A stretch of 52,814 bases of DNA from Octopus bimaculoides (Eukaryota): NCBI RefSeq assembly GCF_001194135.2, contig NC_068985.1, forward strand, positions 60,733,392 through 60,786,205, read 5' to 3'. A model generated the notes under the pieces. That model saw only the letters and a program-made list of their open reading frames with translations. It was not told the DNA's origin and searched no databases. The translations under genes were made by a program, and so were the position numbers. Shown here piece after piece: positions 12,114-23,670 of the stretch; the stretch's first letter is position 1; each line of letters begins with the position of its first letter.

Positions 12114-12702
12114 ACATTGAGGACTTATATGCTCCAATATTAGACTATTTTCTTTAGCCAATACATGGAGAACACTTATAAAATTTAAGTTTATTATTAT
12201 TATTTACAGAATATATACCATATTCCCTTCTCTCACCTACCCAATGAAATACATATAAATTTACTTCTTATTTCTCTAAGAACAGACATAAACTTCCTGT
12301 TGACAAAGAGTCCAGAACTCCAACTAAAGAGTATAAAACCCACAGAATTGTCTTCCCTTAGACACACTTCCTGTTTTGACACCACACTTCCTGCTTTACA
12401 CAAACTTTCAGCCCTTTTTTAAAACAAAACTGAACTCTCAATTCCATGCATCTTAATATTTCTAACAATTATCTACATGGATTACCATTGAACTTTAAAA
12501 GCTCAAAGACAATATAATGTATTGGTATATTTATTTTTCTTATATATTATTTTTTATTTTTTTGTAAAAACATTTTTATTCTCCCTCTTCTTGAAAATTT
12601 GCCATGCAATGGAAGCCGGTTAGAAATCCTCTTTAATCTTCCTTATACACATCTATATTAAAATATGCTTTCAGTTTAGCATTCTGCCTTATTTTTTATT
12701 TT

Positions 12703-12739
<37 letters not shown>

Positions 12740-12745
<6 letters not shown>

Positions 12746-12940
12746 GTCTGTGTTTTCCCCACCTCCACCAACAATGTTGGTGTGTTTATGTCCCCGTAAC
12801 TTAGCAGTTCAGTAGGAGAGACTGATAGAATAAGTACTAGGCTTACAAAGAATAAGTCTTGGGGTTGATTTGTTCGGCTAAAGGTAGTGCTCCAGTATGG
12901 CCACAGTCAAATGACTGAAACAAATAGAAGACTAAAAGAC
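12740..12940 (+). mobile_element. 3' half of a family B SINE
   Basis: gtgtttatgtccccgtaacttagcagttc...gatagaataagtactaggcttacaaagaataagtc...gtcaaatgactgaaacaa. Confidence 0.8.
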
Positions 12941-12955
12941 ATGCGTATATATATC

Positions 12956-13137
12956 ATCATCATCATCATCATCGTTTAACGTCCGCTTTCCATGCTAGCA
13001 TGGGTTGGACAATTTGACTGAGGACTGGTGAAACCGGATGGCAACACCAGGCTCCAGTCTAATTTGGCAGAGTTTCTACAGCTGGATGCCCTTCCTAACG
13101 CCAACCACTCAGAGAGTGTAGTGGGTGCTTTTACGTG

Positions 13138-13140
<3 letters not shown>
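12956..13140 (-). mobile_element. RTE-X-type 3' end with (GAT)n tail
   Basis: Near-identical to the reverse complement of 22684-22851. Confidence 0.85.
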
Positions 13141-13173
<33 letters not shown>

Positions 13174-13199
13174 GCACATACTTAGCTTAGGTTTGTCAT

Positions 13200-13460
13200 G
13201 AGCCCTTGACTCATTAGGCAGGAGCTTAACCCAGTTCCCATGGAATATAAATGACTGAGATTACAACGCTCCCCCAACCCTGAACAGGTTGCTGGTCTGT
13301 CAAAGGATTTACTTCCCATCTATTGCTGGAACTTGTTTACAGCTTAGTGGACTGGAGCAATGTGAAATAAGATGTTTTGCTCAAGAACACAACACACTGC
13401 CTATTCTGGGGATCGAAACCATGATCTTACAATCATGATTGCAACATCCTAACTGCTACC
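13200..13460 (-). mobile_element. Family C SINE (tRNA head plus conserved central domain)
   Basis: ctggagcaatgtgaaataagatgttttgctcaagaacacaac...ggggatcgaaacc is the reverse complement of the head and core of 24253-24579. Confidence 0.7.
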
Positions 13461-14482
13461 CCTCATTCCTTTATATGTGTGTGTGTGTGGGGGGGGGAGT
13501 ACAGGAAGATGACAAAGAACATACAGCAGACAGCGAAAACACACAGTAGATGCAGACATGCTCAATCCCTCATCAGTTATTATCCAAATATCATCACAAT
13601 TTCAACACCTGTAATAATGTTGTTCCATTTTGCAATTTCACCAATAAAGCTGCTGAAGTATAAATAGACAGACATAAAAGATGAATGCAAGCATAAAAAA
13701 TGAGACAAGTGTATAATAATAAAAAGAGACAAGGTCACTAGATAAAATGGTAAACAAAAACAAGTTATGAGGAGCAGAAGGAAAATATATATATAATGAA
13801 AGAAAGAAATAAGCAAGGACAGTCACAGAAAAAAATAATGAACAACATAGATATTCATAAGCAATGAATACCTTGCAAATGTGTGACAAAATATGATGGA
13901 TTTGTGTGAAGTAGTGCTAACAAAAAAGATAGTGGTCTTTTCAGATGTTTTTAATATCAAGTTATGCTTGTAACTGAAGCTTTTTAAAGTGAAGGAAGGC
14001 CTCTCACAGGGCTAATCTCACTTCCTAAAAAACATATGCCTTTCCTAAAAAAGAAGAACAAGTCTACATCATGATGCAAACAAAGTCACAGATGTTGCAT
14101 CAAAGTCTTATTCTCCTAATAAGATGTCACAACAAAGACCAGAGTCTCTAACTTCCATTTGCTGGATAGCCATTGATTCTACTTGGTTTTTCTGCCTTTT
14201 GACAGGTTTTATTTTTCATCCCACAGGGTATCCAATAATAACCACCCTCTTTACCAAGCAGGCTCGTTAGTGTTGCCATTTTAGTAAATGATGGTCTGAC
14301 CAGGCAACAGGTGATATCTGGTTACATGTCATCAGCAGCACTAAGAGTTGTGGCTGCTCTGATGACCATCTGAATGCACAGGTGAAACTTTAGAGACTGA
14401 CTTGACAAAAAATATTATTAGTCGCTATTATCATACTAAAGACTCTTTCTTTTGATGGTCAATACTACATTTATAAAAATAT

Positions 14483-14700
14483 CATCATCATTATAACATC
14501 TACTTTTCCATGTTTGCATGGCATGGTAGGAGTTTACTGAGGCAGATTTTTAATGGTCCTTCCTGTTAGCATCCCTTACATGTTTCCAAGCAAGGTAATA
14601 TCTTGTCACAAAAAAACAGGCTTTTGCAAAATATCAGAAATGAATTACATTCATTTACAAAAATAATGTGAAGTCAAGGCAAGGGGACACAAACACATTT
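14483..14700 (-). mobile_element. (GAT)n-tailed retroposon 3' fragment; related copies at about 11522-11640, 25497-25720, 46370-46475 and 46860-47040
   Basis: catcatcattataacatctacttttccatg...ctgaggcagattt...tgtttccaagcaaggtaata...gtcaaggcaaggggacacaaacac recurs. Confidence 0.6.
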
Positions 14701-14754
14701 GTAGGGATACATATGTCCACCCCCACCCGACACACACACACATATACACATACA

Positions 14755-14905
14755 TGCAGGTGTGGCTATGTGATAAGAAGTTAGCTTCTTATGATTCTGG
14801 GTTCATTTGCATGGCACTTTGAGAAAGTGTCTTCTGCTATAGATCTAAATCAACCAAAGCCTTGTGAGTGGATTTGGTAGATGGAATCTGAAAGAAGCCT
14901 GTCAA
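14755..14905 (+). mobile_element. 5' half of a family B SINE
   Basis: gcaggtgtggctatgtgataagaag...aagtgtcttctgctatag...aaagccttgtgagtggatttggtagatggaatctgaaagaagcc. Confidence 0.8.
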
Positions 14906-15094
14906 ATGTGTATGTATATATATAAGTAAAGTTAATCGCCACATAAAAGTGGCTGTTCCATATTATTACTAGTTTAACCCCAGGCAGATCTTCCACCCAC
15001 TGGTTATTGGTGTGGCACTGCATCCTGTGTATACAATATATATTGCTAGCAGGCAGAGCGAATCCCTACCATCTTCTAGCAGACAACAGGATCA

Positions 15095-15140
15095 CCAGAA
15101 TGACTCAGTTTCAAACTGGTTGGCTCATCTTCAATCATGA
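15095..15140 (-). ncRNA. Degenerate type I hammerhead ribozyme motif
   Basis: The minus strand reads gat-TTGAAGA-t-gagc-caacca-gttt-GAAA-c-tga-GTC-att. C3 is changed to U and stem II relies on G-U pairs. Confidence 0.3.
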
Positions 15141-15628
15141 GTACCTGATCACCAGAGCAATAGCCAGGGTCAGCTCCAACCAGCAATATATTGTGTGCGT
15201 GTATATATATATATATATATATAAATATTAGTTACAGAATAAAAACGTCAGGTTAACGACTCAACATATCACACTCCCTCAATGATCATACATAAAAAAT
15301 ACAACATAATCCACCAAACATAGGAATAAAAAGATATAAAAATAACGTAAGAAAAATAAAATAAATAAAAGAATAAGAAATATATAAGAAGTAAGATGCA
15401 AGATATAGAACGTATAATATAAAAATTTATATACAAATATATTATTTCAACCGATAACATACAAATAAATTAAGAATAATAAATTTGAGTTAAAGGTATA
15501 ACACAATATACATATATATCATTTCATAAAAGTTCCAAATCAAGTTAAAGTTAAAATTAATACGATTAAAAATTCAAATATATATCGATCGATATAGAAT
15601 AAAATAAAGAAATGAGGTAAAACAAAAT

Positions 15629-16260
15629 AGTCTGAGCGATAATCCTGTGGACCCTATGTAGTTTTTGTGGCAGCCCGAGCATCTTATTACATAAATAAGG
15701 TTTTCTGAGGCACAAGTAAAGTCAGATTTAACTTTGAATTTTTGTCCCTCTTTGAAGAGGAGTTCTGAACCTTCTAGAATGTTTGGGCATGTTGCGCAAT
15801 TTGGTCGACCACAGAATACCGAATGATACCTTTTAGTGAGCATATTGAAGTGATACAACAGTTTTGACTGAGTAAGCAACAAGATAGAGGTGATTGTGGA
15901 AAATGATGGAGAGAAACTTAGAAGTTTGGGAATGGGTGTTGCAGTAGATATGTGAGGGCATTGAGAATGAAAGCAGATAAGTGAGATGTTAGTGATGGAG
16001 AACAGCACAGGGGAAATATGGAGCAGAAAGGAAGTAATTGGTGAAGACAGTAGGTGGGGTAAGTTAATGGGAAATGGAAGTAGTTTGGGGTGGAGAAGAA
16101 AGGTAACTGAGTAAGCTGGAAGAGGTAGTATGTGTCAATTTTACTCTCGGGTGATAGAAAAGTGATTGGTGTTAGAGGAAGAAATGTGGTGGGTGAAGGC
16201 TGATGGAGCAGAGATGGGGATGGATCAGAGCCCCTCATGGACAAGCATTACCAAGGTAGT
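15629..16260 (-). mobile_element. Penelope-like element fragment: GIY-YIG endonuclease with a probable decayed RT thumb upstream
   Basis: CGRPNCATCPNI...FTCASENLIYVIRCSGCHKNYIGSTGLSLR (about 15629-15820) is the PLE GIY-YIG signature with its Cys motifs. The pyrimidine-rich upstream stretch is only tentatively RT. Confidence 0.8.
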
Positions 16261-16444
16261 TTTAGCATATCAGTTCTGCTGTGGTGGGCATGTCTTTTGA
16301 GTACAATAAGTACTACATATCTTGGTTCTTTGTCATCTTCATAAGGCTCAGTGTCTTGAGATTGTCCTTCAGCATTTAATTCAATGTCTTCCTGGTTTTC
16401 CTCATCACAAGTTCCATCCACTTCAAGTAATCAACACTTCTTCA

Positions 16445-16700
16445 TGCAAGTGTGTGTGTGTGTGTGTGTGTGCGTACATGTGTTCATGTTTGTCCCCTAC
16501 TGTCACTTGACAATCAGTGTTGGTTTGTTTATATCCCCATAACTTAGAATGCCAACAAAAGAAAATGATAGAATAAGTAAAAAGCTTAGAAATATAGAAA
16601 ATAAGTATTGGGATCGATTTGTTCAACTAAAATCCTTCAAGGTAGTGCCTCAGCATGGCTACAGTCTCATGACTGAAACAAGTAAAAGAATAAAGAATAT
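16445..16700 (+). mobile_element. 3' half of a family B SINE
   Basis: (TG)n then tttgtcccctac...ccccataacttag...gatagaataagta...catggctacagtc...tgactgaaacaagtaaaagaataaagaat. Confidence 0.8.
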
Positions 16701-17117
16701 ATATATTGCAATATATTCCTGAGGAAGCTCCTGCTCCTCTTCTTTTGATTAGCAATGGAGCACAATGTAGTCCTTAGACCCATTGGCTCCTGTCAAACCA
16801 TCAAACCCAGGCTAACATAGAGCAAAGACATCTAATATTGAGGATAACAATAATAACTGTGGTTTGCTTCAACAGGAATCACCATGAATTCTGGGCTTTA
16901 ACAAAAATCTTTAGACTCTACTTCTCAGGCCACACCAATAAACATTTTTTATTTTCATTTTCTTGTCTCTTTTAACCAAAATTACATTTTGTTCTATTGT
17001 TCTTATGCTTCTCTTAAAATAACAATCCCCAGCAGTTTCTCTCAAATATAGATTTATAAAGATTTTAAAAAATCAATTCAGACTCAATATTTCAATTATT
17101 AATATAAGACATTGTTA

Positions 17118-17119
<2 letters not shown>

Positions 17120-17160
<41 letters not shown>

Positions 17161-17162
17161 GA

Positions 17163-17210
<48 letters not shown>
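17120..17210. repeat. Compound (TTA)n(GTA)n microsatellite
   Basis: Direct reading. Confidence 0.97.
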
Positions 17211-17211
<1 letters not shown>

Positions 17212-17864
17212 TAATTTTTCCCTTATAATCCTTGAAAGAAAATGCAAAGGCATTGTCTACTTCAGGTTTAAAACACCTCCCAGTTGATTCTGTTTCTAAG
17301 TAAACATTAATGTTCAGGAATTTGATTTCCTTGAAATGAGGAAAGAATAAATAAAAATACAATAAAAAATTCCTGATCAAACTTTCAAAGTTGGAAACAG
17401 TACCATTGTGAGAATTCTTTGAATGTCAGCAGGAACACAACATTGTAGCATGACAATAGTAAAATAATAGCCAGGAACCTTAATTCTGACAAGTTTATTA
17501 CAACTATTCATGTTAATATTATTTAGTAAAATGTGAAACTGCAAAGATGTTTGACGTTGATTGTGTAGGTGCAAATAGAATGTAGATAGTGTTGATGCAG
17601 GCAATGGTTTTGTAGTTAAGAGTACACTTTGCAAGTATGTGTGTTGTTTCGGTTTCTATCTCACTGCATGGCACCTTAGTTGAAAAACTTTGATCAGTTT
17701 AGAATATCCATGTAATTAAAAGACAAAAATTCCCTGTAGGAGTGTTTAAAATCTAAAAACAAAAAACAAGGCAGGTAACTCCAGTAAGCTCAGCTGAGTG
17801 AAATTTTAAACACAATACAGATACTGTAGATAAGAATAGGTCTGGTCATTAAAAACTAATTGAT

Positions 17865-17916
17865 AAAAGTAATGGACAGGTTTCAGTGTTATTAAACCTC
17901 CTCAGCAAAGCTTTTT
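17865..17916 (-). ncRNA. Minimal type I hammerhead ribozyme candidate
   Basis: The minus strand reads aaaag-ctt-tg-CTGAGGA-ggtttaataacact-GAAA-c-ct-GTC-ca-tta-ctttt. The core is intact, stem I has an internal loop, and stems II and III are weak. Confidence 0.4.
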
Positions 17917-19084
17917 CTACTGAATTGACAAGACACAGAAGTAATGACAGCCAGTGTTGGTTTGTCTACATCCATGTAACTTAGTAGTTCTGTAAAAGAG
18001 ACCGATAGAATAATCTTAGACACAATATAAAGCAGCTTGTACTTGGTCTCTCAAGATTGGTGATGAGAAGATGAAAGAGATAGAAAAGACTGGTGCATCA
18101 CATATATACTCACTGGTCATGGGAAAAGGTTTACAAGAGACATGGCCCAAAGATATACATATTGACATTGCTCCTTGCCTTGTCATCATCTTCACAGCAC
18201 TGTACAAGTAAGTGATTAGCATAGAGGGGACCTGCAACAATATGTTGTTGGGTGATTTCTACATGAAAATCCAGATGGTGACTAACTCCTAAGACAACAA
18301 AATTGCAACAAAATTGTGTCCTGATTGCAAGGTCAGTGAGGAAATCAATGAGTGCCAGTATCTTTGCCCATGACCCTTTTATTACTTTCCCCCATATTCT
18401 GGGCGCTGACCTGTAAGTAAGTAAATTACACATGAACTCTGCCAACCACCTTTAACTAATGATCACACCAAACATAACCGACAATCATTTCTATTGTGCC
18501 AGCATATTTTGATATAGAAAAAAGGTACACATTAATACATCTGAAAATTTATGCTAACACAATGATATTAAGGTAATCCAAAACAGGTTAAATTCAAAGT
18601 GAATTGAGATAATATCTCTAATACTGGAGCACATACAAAAAGAATAAGAATAGATATAATATTCTAAGAAAAATTAGTTTAATATTTAAACTAATGACAT
18701 CAATAGAAAATGGGGAAATAAAAAAATGAACAGAAATTCTACATCACAACATCTAATTATCTAGCTATTAATAAGTGCTCAAAAACTTTGAAAAATTATG
18801 TTTACTATATTATAGGAAGACCAATTATAATTCATGCGTTGTTTACTATTGAAATATTTAAATGCTTTTCTATATCTATGGGAACATTTAAATGTAGGAT
18901 TGTTTTACAATTTACTCATTCTTGTTGGGACCTTACACTCGCCACAAATTTTATCTGTGGCCCTAATTAAGTTGTCTATGTTATACATCACTATCTCTTC
19001 CTCCTTCTTATCAAATGCTTCAATTAGAACGTCTCTAAATCTTTGACTATTCAGAGGATCCTTAAGTTTCTAAATCTTCCCTTT

Positions 19085-19375
19085 TCAGACTGGCTTGCTT
19101 CTTGGAATCCTTCTAACCCAAAGTTTGAAGTCACTAATGACTAACCCATGTTGAGGAAAACACGTTTCACCTGGGAAGGTCTTCACATTTAAAAGCAACC
19201 ATCTTTTCCACTTTCTGGTGAGAATGAAGTCAATCTGGCTTATGTTCCTACCAGGTTGATAAGTGAACAGGTGACTGGCTGGTTTCCTAAAGTTTGTGCT
19301 GCAGATCATTTGGTCATTTGCAGGAATCAATTCCATGGAAGCTACCCAGATGCTGCCTAACAAGCCCATGTAACT
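19085..19375 (-). mobile_element. RTE-X LINE APE-endonuclease fragment
   Basis: ICSTNFRKPASHLFTYQPGRNISQIDFILTRK...VKTFPGETCFPQHGLVISDF is paralogous to 33540-33760. Confidence 0.85.
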
Positions 19376-19447
19376 GTGGGCTATATATGAAGCTATGCAT
19401 TATATATATTGTAGAGCATTTAAGACAGTTAAGACCCAGAAACTAGG

Positions 19448-19617
19448 TTATCATCATTTAATGTCCATTTTCCATGCTGGTATGAGTTAGATGGTTTGAC
19501 TGAAGACAGTAAACTGGAAAGCTGCACCAGACTCCAGTCTGTTGTGACTTGGTCTATGTCTGGATGCCCTTCTTAATACTAACCACTCCATAGAGTGTAC
19601 TGGGTGCCTTTTACATG

Positions 19618-19620
<3 letters not shown>
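19448..19620 (-). mobile_element. RTE-X-type 3' end
   Basis: catcatttaatgtccattttccatgctgg...ggatgcccttc...gggtgccttttacatg. Confidence 0.75.
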
Positions 19621-19694
<74 letters not shown>

Positions 19695-19946
19695 AAATGA
19701 TATGTGAGCATATGCATATATACATACATATATGTACATACCTACATCTACATGTATATATAGATGCATATCCGGGTACAGGACGTCAAAAAACATAGAC
19801 AAAAATGGAACAGGAACATAACAAAGCACAAAAAAACAAACCTTTTTTTTTTTACGGACAACAGAATAAACACATAAGGAAAACAGACAAGCCACATATG
19901 GAACTTTTCCTTCATCAGCTGCCTCTATTCTGAACTAGGTGCTTTG

Positions 19947-19976
19947 AATTAAGATTCCATGCATGGAATCTTAATT
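19947..19976. repeat. Perfect 30-bp palindrome
   Basis: aattaagattccatg|catggaatcttaatt. Confidence 0.95.
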
Positions 19977-20314
19977 GCAAAATATGAATGAAGGTAAGAG
20001 ATTGAAACATACGTAGGTGATATGAAATTGAATATTTTACAAATAAATTGATTTCTTTCTGTGTTCAAACTCTCCATTTTCCTTATATTATATTATTAAA
20101 ATTCTGTTCTCGTATACTGAAAGGATGAAAGCATCTATAACAACAACTGGAATTTCGTAAGTGTTGACACTAATACTAACACAAATTAATGAAATCCAAA
20201 GCATATTAACCAATATGGAGCTAAAGCAGTGTACACTTGGATAAAATACATCATTGTGAAAAAGCAACCCCTTTCCATTCAAAACTATATATATATATGT
20301 ATATCATATGAACG

Positions 20315-20520
20315 CATATGACTTAGTGGTTAGGCTACTGCACCCGCAGTTGTTAGATCATGGATTTGATTCTTAAACTGAGTAATGTGTAGTGTCCTTG
20401 AGTAAAATACTTCATTCCATATTGCTCCACTCCCCTTTTCAATCAGTAGGAATGTTGGCCCACTCACCTAGCGAGCAGGGTGGTGTCATGCAAAGTGCAT
20501 TGCAACCACCGATGTGTATT
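20315..20520 (+). mobile_element. Degenerate family C-like SINE
   Basis: tgacttagtggttagg...gatttgattc...gtgtccttgagtaaaatacttcattccatattgctcca. Confidence 0.55.
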
Positions 20521-21124
20521 ATACATGGTGATGTATATATGTATATATATGAAAGCATGACTTTTATGGTATGTGTGTTTGCACTTCTGTTCCTGAATAT
20601 TTATGTGTCAGTAAATTAAATTACATATGTATATTTTAAAGTATATATATATATGTGTGTGTGTATGTGTGTATGTATACACACATAAATATGTATGTAT
20701 TAAAACATACATGTGTAATTTAATTTATATATATATATAGTTATCTTTAAACACATTTCTTTTTAGTGTTTATTCATTTATATATCACCAACAATAGCAT
20801 GGTGTTAATCTGTGTTTTAAATTTTGTTTCTCATGCTTGCTTAAATGTGAAAACATACATGAGTGTATACACATATAAACATGAGTATATATGTACGTGT
20901 ATATGATGTCATTACATGCATATTGATGTGTGTGTGTGTGTGCATGCATGGCAACATAAATGTTTTTTCCTAAATTGAATATAGAGACAAAGGTTATGGA
21001 AGCAAACAATAATTCTGCTAGTCAGGTAACATTGCTGTTACAATCAATCAAATTCTACATAAGAAATTGTTATTTGGAACAAAGGTTACTTTGAATATAT
21101 TGGAAACTACAAAAAGGTTAGCAA

Positions 21125-21172
<48 letters not shown>

Positions 21173-21224
21173 CCATACTTATATACATACACACACACAC
21201 GCACACAGCCATACTTATATACAT

Positions 21225-21257
<33 letters not shown>

Positions 21258-21995
21258 GGTGAGTTAAGTTAGAGGTTATAACAACTGTCTAAGGGATACT
21301 TGTATCCAATGAATCCACTGGTGTATTAATCATGAGCATTGGCGTTAATGCTCATAAATAATAGGTAATGACAAAAATAAACTAAAGTTTATCAATATTC
21401 AAGGAAAACAGAAAATGGAGATACGGTTGATGAATAACAATTGATTTACATCAATTATCATTTATTAATTAATTACAAAATGACTGAATCTCAACTTACA
21501 GCTGTTTCAGTGAGCATGATTCTTAGTTCTAACTGCCACAATAATAGTAATGATAGTTATCATTATAGGTATTTATTTATACCAAATTGAATCACAAAAC
21601 TGAATCAGAGTGAAAAAGTAAATAAAATATAAGTAAAAAGAATTTAGTTAAGTCAAAAAATAAAGCGTAAAATGTAAGAACAATAATTAGAAATACCAAT
21701 AGTTCTAAAACTAAATAATAATAGTTGACTATAATTTACGTTAATTGATTTCGTATGCATTTTACTGCAAGCCCAGTGCAAAAGATTCAATGTCGTATAC
21801 CAATGCACAGTTCACAACATAGTAAATAACTCCTATAGCTACTACATTAGATCTACCACATATTTTAAACAAAGGTATCATGCAAATTTAAACTCGTTTA
21901 AATATAAAGAGAATAGCAATTCCACGTCACTAGCCAGCCACATACACCATCTAATTAATAGAAAAATACAATATAAGCTTTCCTGGGCTATAATA

Positions 21996-22851
21996 GACCT
22001 GGAATGAGGTGGTGAAGCACGACCTTCAAACTTTAGGCCTCGCCAAGGCAATGACTAGTGACCGGGACCTTTGGAAATATGCAGTACGTGAGAAGACCCG
22101 GCAAGCCAAGTGAGAGCATAATCTGTGGCCTCTGCCAGAAGTGTAGCCAGCTCACTTATTCATATCTTTACTTCATTGGACACTAAAATCTGCTTGCGAA
22201 GACCTGTTGAGGCAAGTGAATTTGAAATTGAAATCAAACCAAATTCGATGACTGGCACCCATGTCAACCTCTCCTTCATTGGACACTAAACTCTGCTTGT
22301 GAAGACCTGTTGGGGCAAGTGAAATCGAAATCGTAATTGAACCATATTCAATGACTGACACCTGTGCCAGTGGAGCACTAACAGCATTGTCTGAGCATGA
22401 TCATTGCCAGAGCAGCTGTCTGGCTTCCGTGCTAGTGGCCTGTAAATAGTACCATTTGAGCGTGATCGTTACCAGCGCCGCCTTACTGGCACGTTAGGAA
22501 ATCATTCGAGCAAGGTCGTTGCCAGTGCCGCTGGACTGGCCCCTGTGCAGGTGGCACATAAAAAACACCATTTTGAGCGTGGCCATTGCCAGCACTGTGT
22601 GACTGGCCCTTGTGCCGGTGGCATGTAAAAGCACCCACTACACTCTTGGAGTGGTTGGTGTTAGGAAGGGCATNNNNNNNNNNAAGCACCCACTACACTC
22701 TTGGAGTGGTTGGTGTTAGGAAGGGCATCCAGCTGTAGAAACTCTGCCAGATCAGATTGGAGCCTGGTGCAGCCTTCCGGTTCACCAGTCCTCAGTCAAA
22801 TTGTCCAACCCATGCTAGCATGGAAAGCGGACGTTAAACGATGATGATGAT
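21996..22851 (+). mobile_element. RTE-X LINE 3' fragment (ORF2 end plus 3' UTR and (GAT)n tail); contains a 10-N gap
   Basis: TWNEVVKHDLQTLGLAKAMTSDRDLWKYAVREKTRQAK*, then a repetitive UTR ending cgttaaacgatgatgatga. Confidence 0.88.
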
Positions 22852-23242
22852 TATGTATTTCATGTATTTTAGTTTTAAATTATTTAGACTTTAAAAATTT
22901 CCAGTTAATTTTTTCTTATTCTCACAGCTAAAATACATTATGTCATTTTAACAGCTTAAATACATATTTCTATCTATTTATGTTATACTTTTTATTTACG
23001 TCATATTTTCACGCAATATATTTCTTATAAATGCTAAGTTCTACGAATTACGTTTGAAATTTTAGTTTAACAGAGATTCTTCGATAAGATAAGTTATGGT
23101 TTTATTTTAAGTAATATCGTTAAATGTTTTTTGATTATTTATTTATTGTTAAAACAAGTATATTTTTATATATTTATTTGATATTTATTACAAGTTAAGA
23201 TATGTAAATTGATTTTATTATTATTTTTATTATTATTATTAT

Positions 23243-23372
23243 CTTAAACCTGAAGAGTGACTATATTTTTTAATAGAATTAATTTTAGATCGATTTGATT
23301 TTAAATCAGATTGATTTTATTATTGTTATCTATTTGAAAATATAGCCACGAAACGTGCACAGTCTATTTAAT
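23243..23372 (+). ncRNA. Type I hammerhead motif with long stem II
   Basis: CTGAAGA at 23250-23256. Stem II is gtg(a)ctatatttt / aaaatatag(c)cac, GAAA lies at 23350-23353, and stem III is AC-gtgcaca-GT with C at 23364. Stem I is mismatched at its base. Confidence 0.55.
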
Positions 23373-23539
23373 ACCATTTAATATTTACTGTTTTATGTAT
23401 TTTATTGATTTTTAGAATAAGGTTTTTATAGTATATTTATTTTTCTTGATGGTATGAATAATGTTTTTCATTGTTGAATTAATTAATAGAGGTTTTTCTC
23501 TAAATTATATACATACATACATACATACATATATACATA

Positions 23540-23582
<43 letters not shown>

Positions 23583-23670
23583 GGATATTATTGTTTACAA
23601 TAATATCAAGTGGTATAGCATGCATAAATAATCATCAAGGTAATACCATAAGTTAAAAAATTATTAATCA

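Noticed and set aside
13019-13045. CTGAGGA-ctggt-GAAA in the antisense RTE-X 3' UTR
   Set aside because: Stem II is impossible, and the GAAA is not conserved in the sister copy at about 22775.
13495-13670. Possible terminal exon EDDKEHTADSENTQ* (plus strand) or a strong minus-strand acceptor
   Set aside because: The plus strand lacks a polypyrimidine tract, and all minus frames stop within about 25 codons without a good donor.
14322-14400. gtcatcag/ctgatgac hairpin and CTGATGA...GAAA
   Set aside because: There is no NUH triplet or stem III, and stem I is not formed.
16719-16775. CTGAGGA followed by a gctcc/ggagc stem
   Set aside because: No GAAA follows the stem.
17230-17329. Minus-strand acceptor followed by EIKFLNINVYLETESTGRCFKPEVDNAFAFSFKDYK
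   Set aside because: There is no credible donor, the frame runs into a microsatellite, and no homology is recognised.
18040-18460. Coding-looking stretch with 74-104 aa ORFs
   Set aside because: Only weak hints of LINE words (IAPCLVIIF, LLGDF); it cannot be assigned without BLASTX.
21495-21535. Minus-strand GAAAC-agct-GTA-agtt half hammerhead
   Set aside because: The CUGANGA core and the 5' strand of stem II are absent; at most a deleted relic.
22629-22728. Exact 45-bp direct repeat on either side of a 10-N gap
   Set aside because: Typical unmerged contig overlap; an assembly artefact rather than biology.
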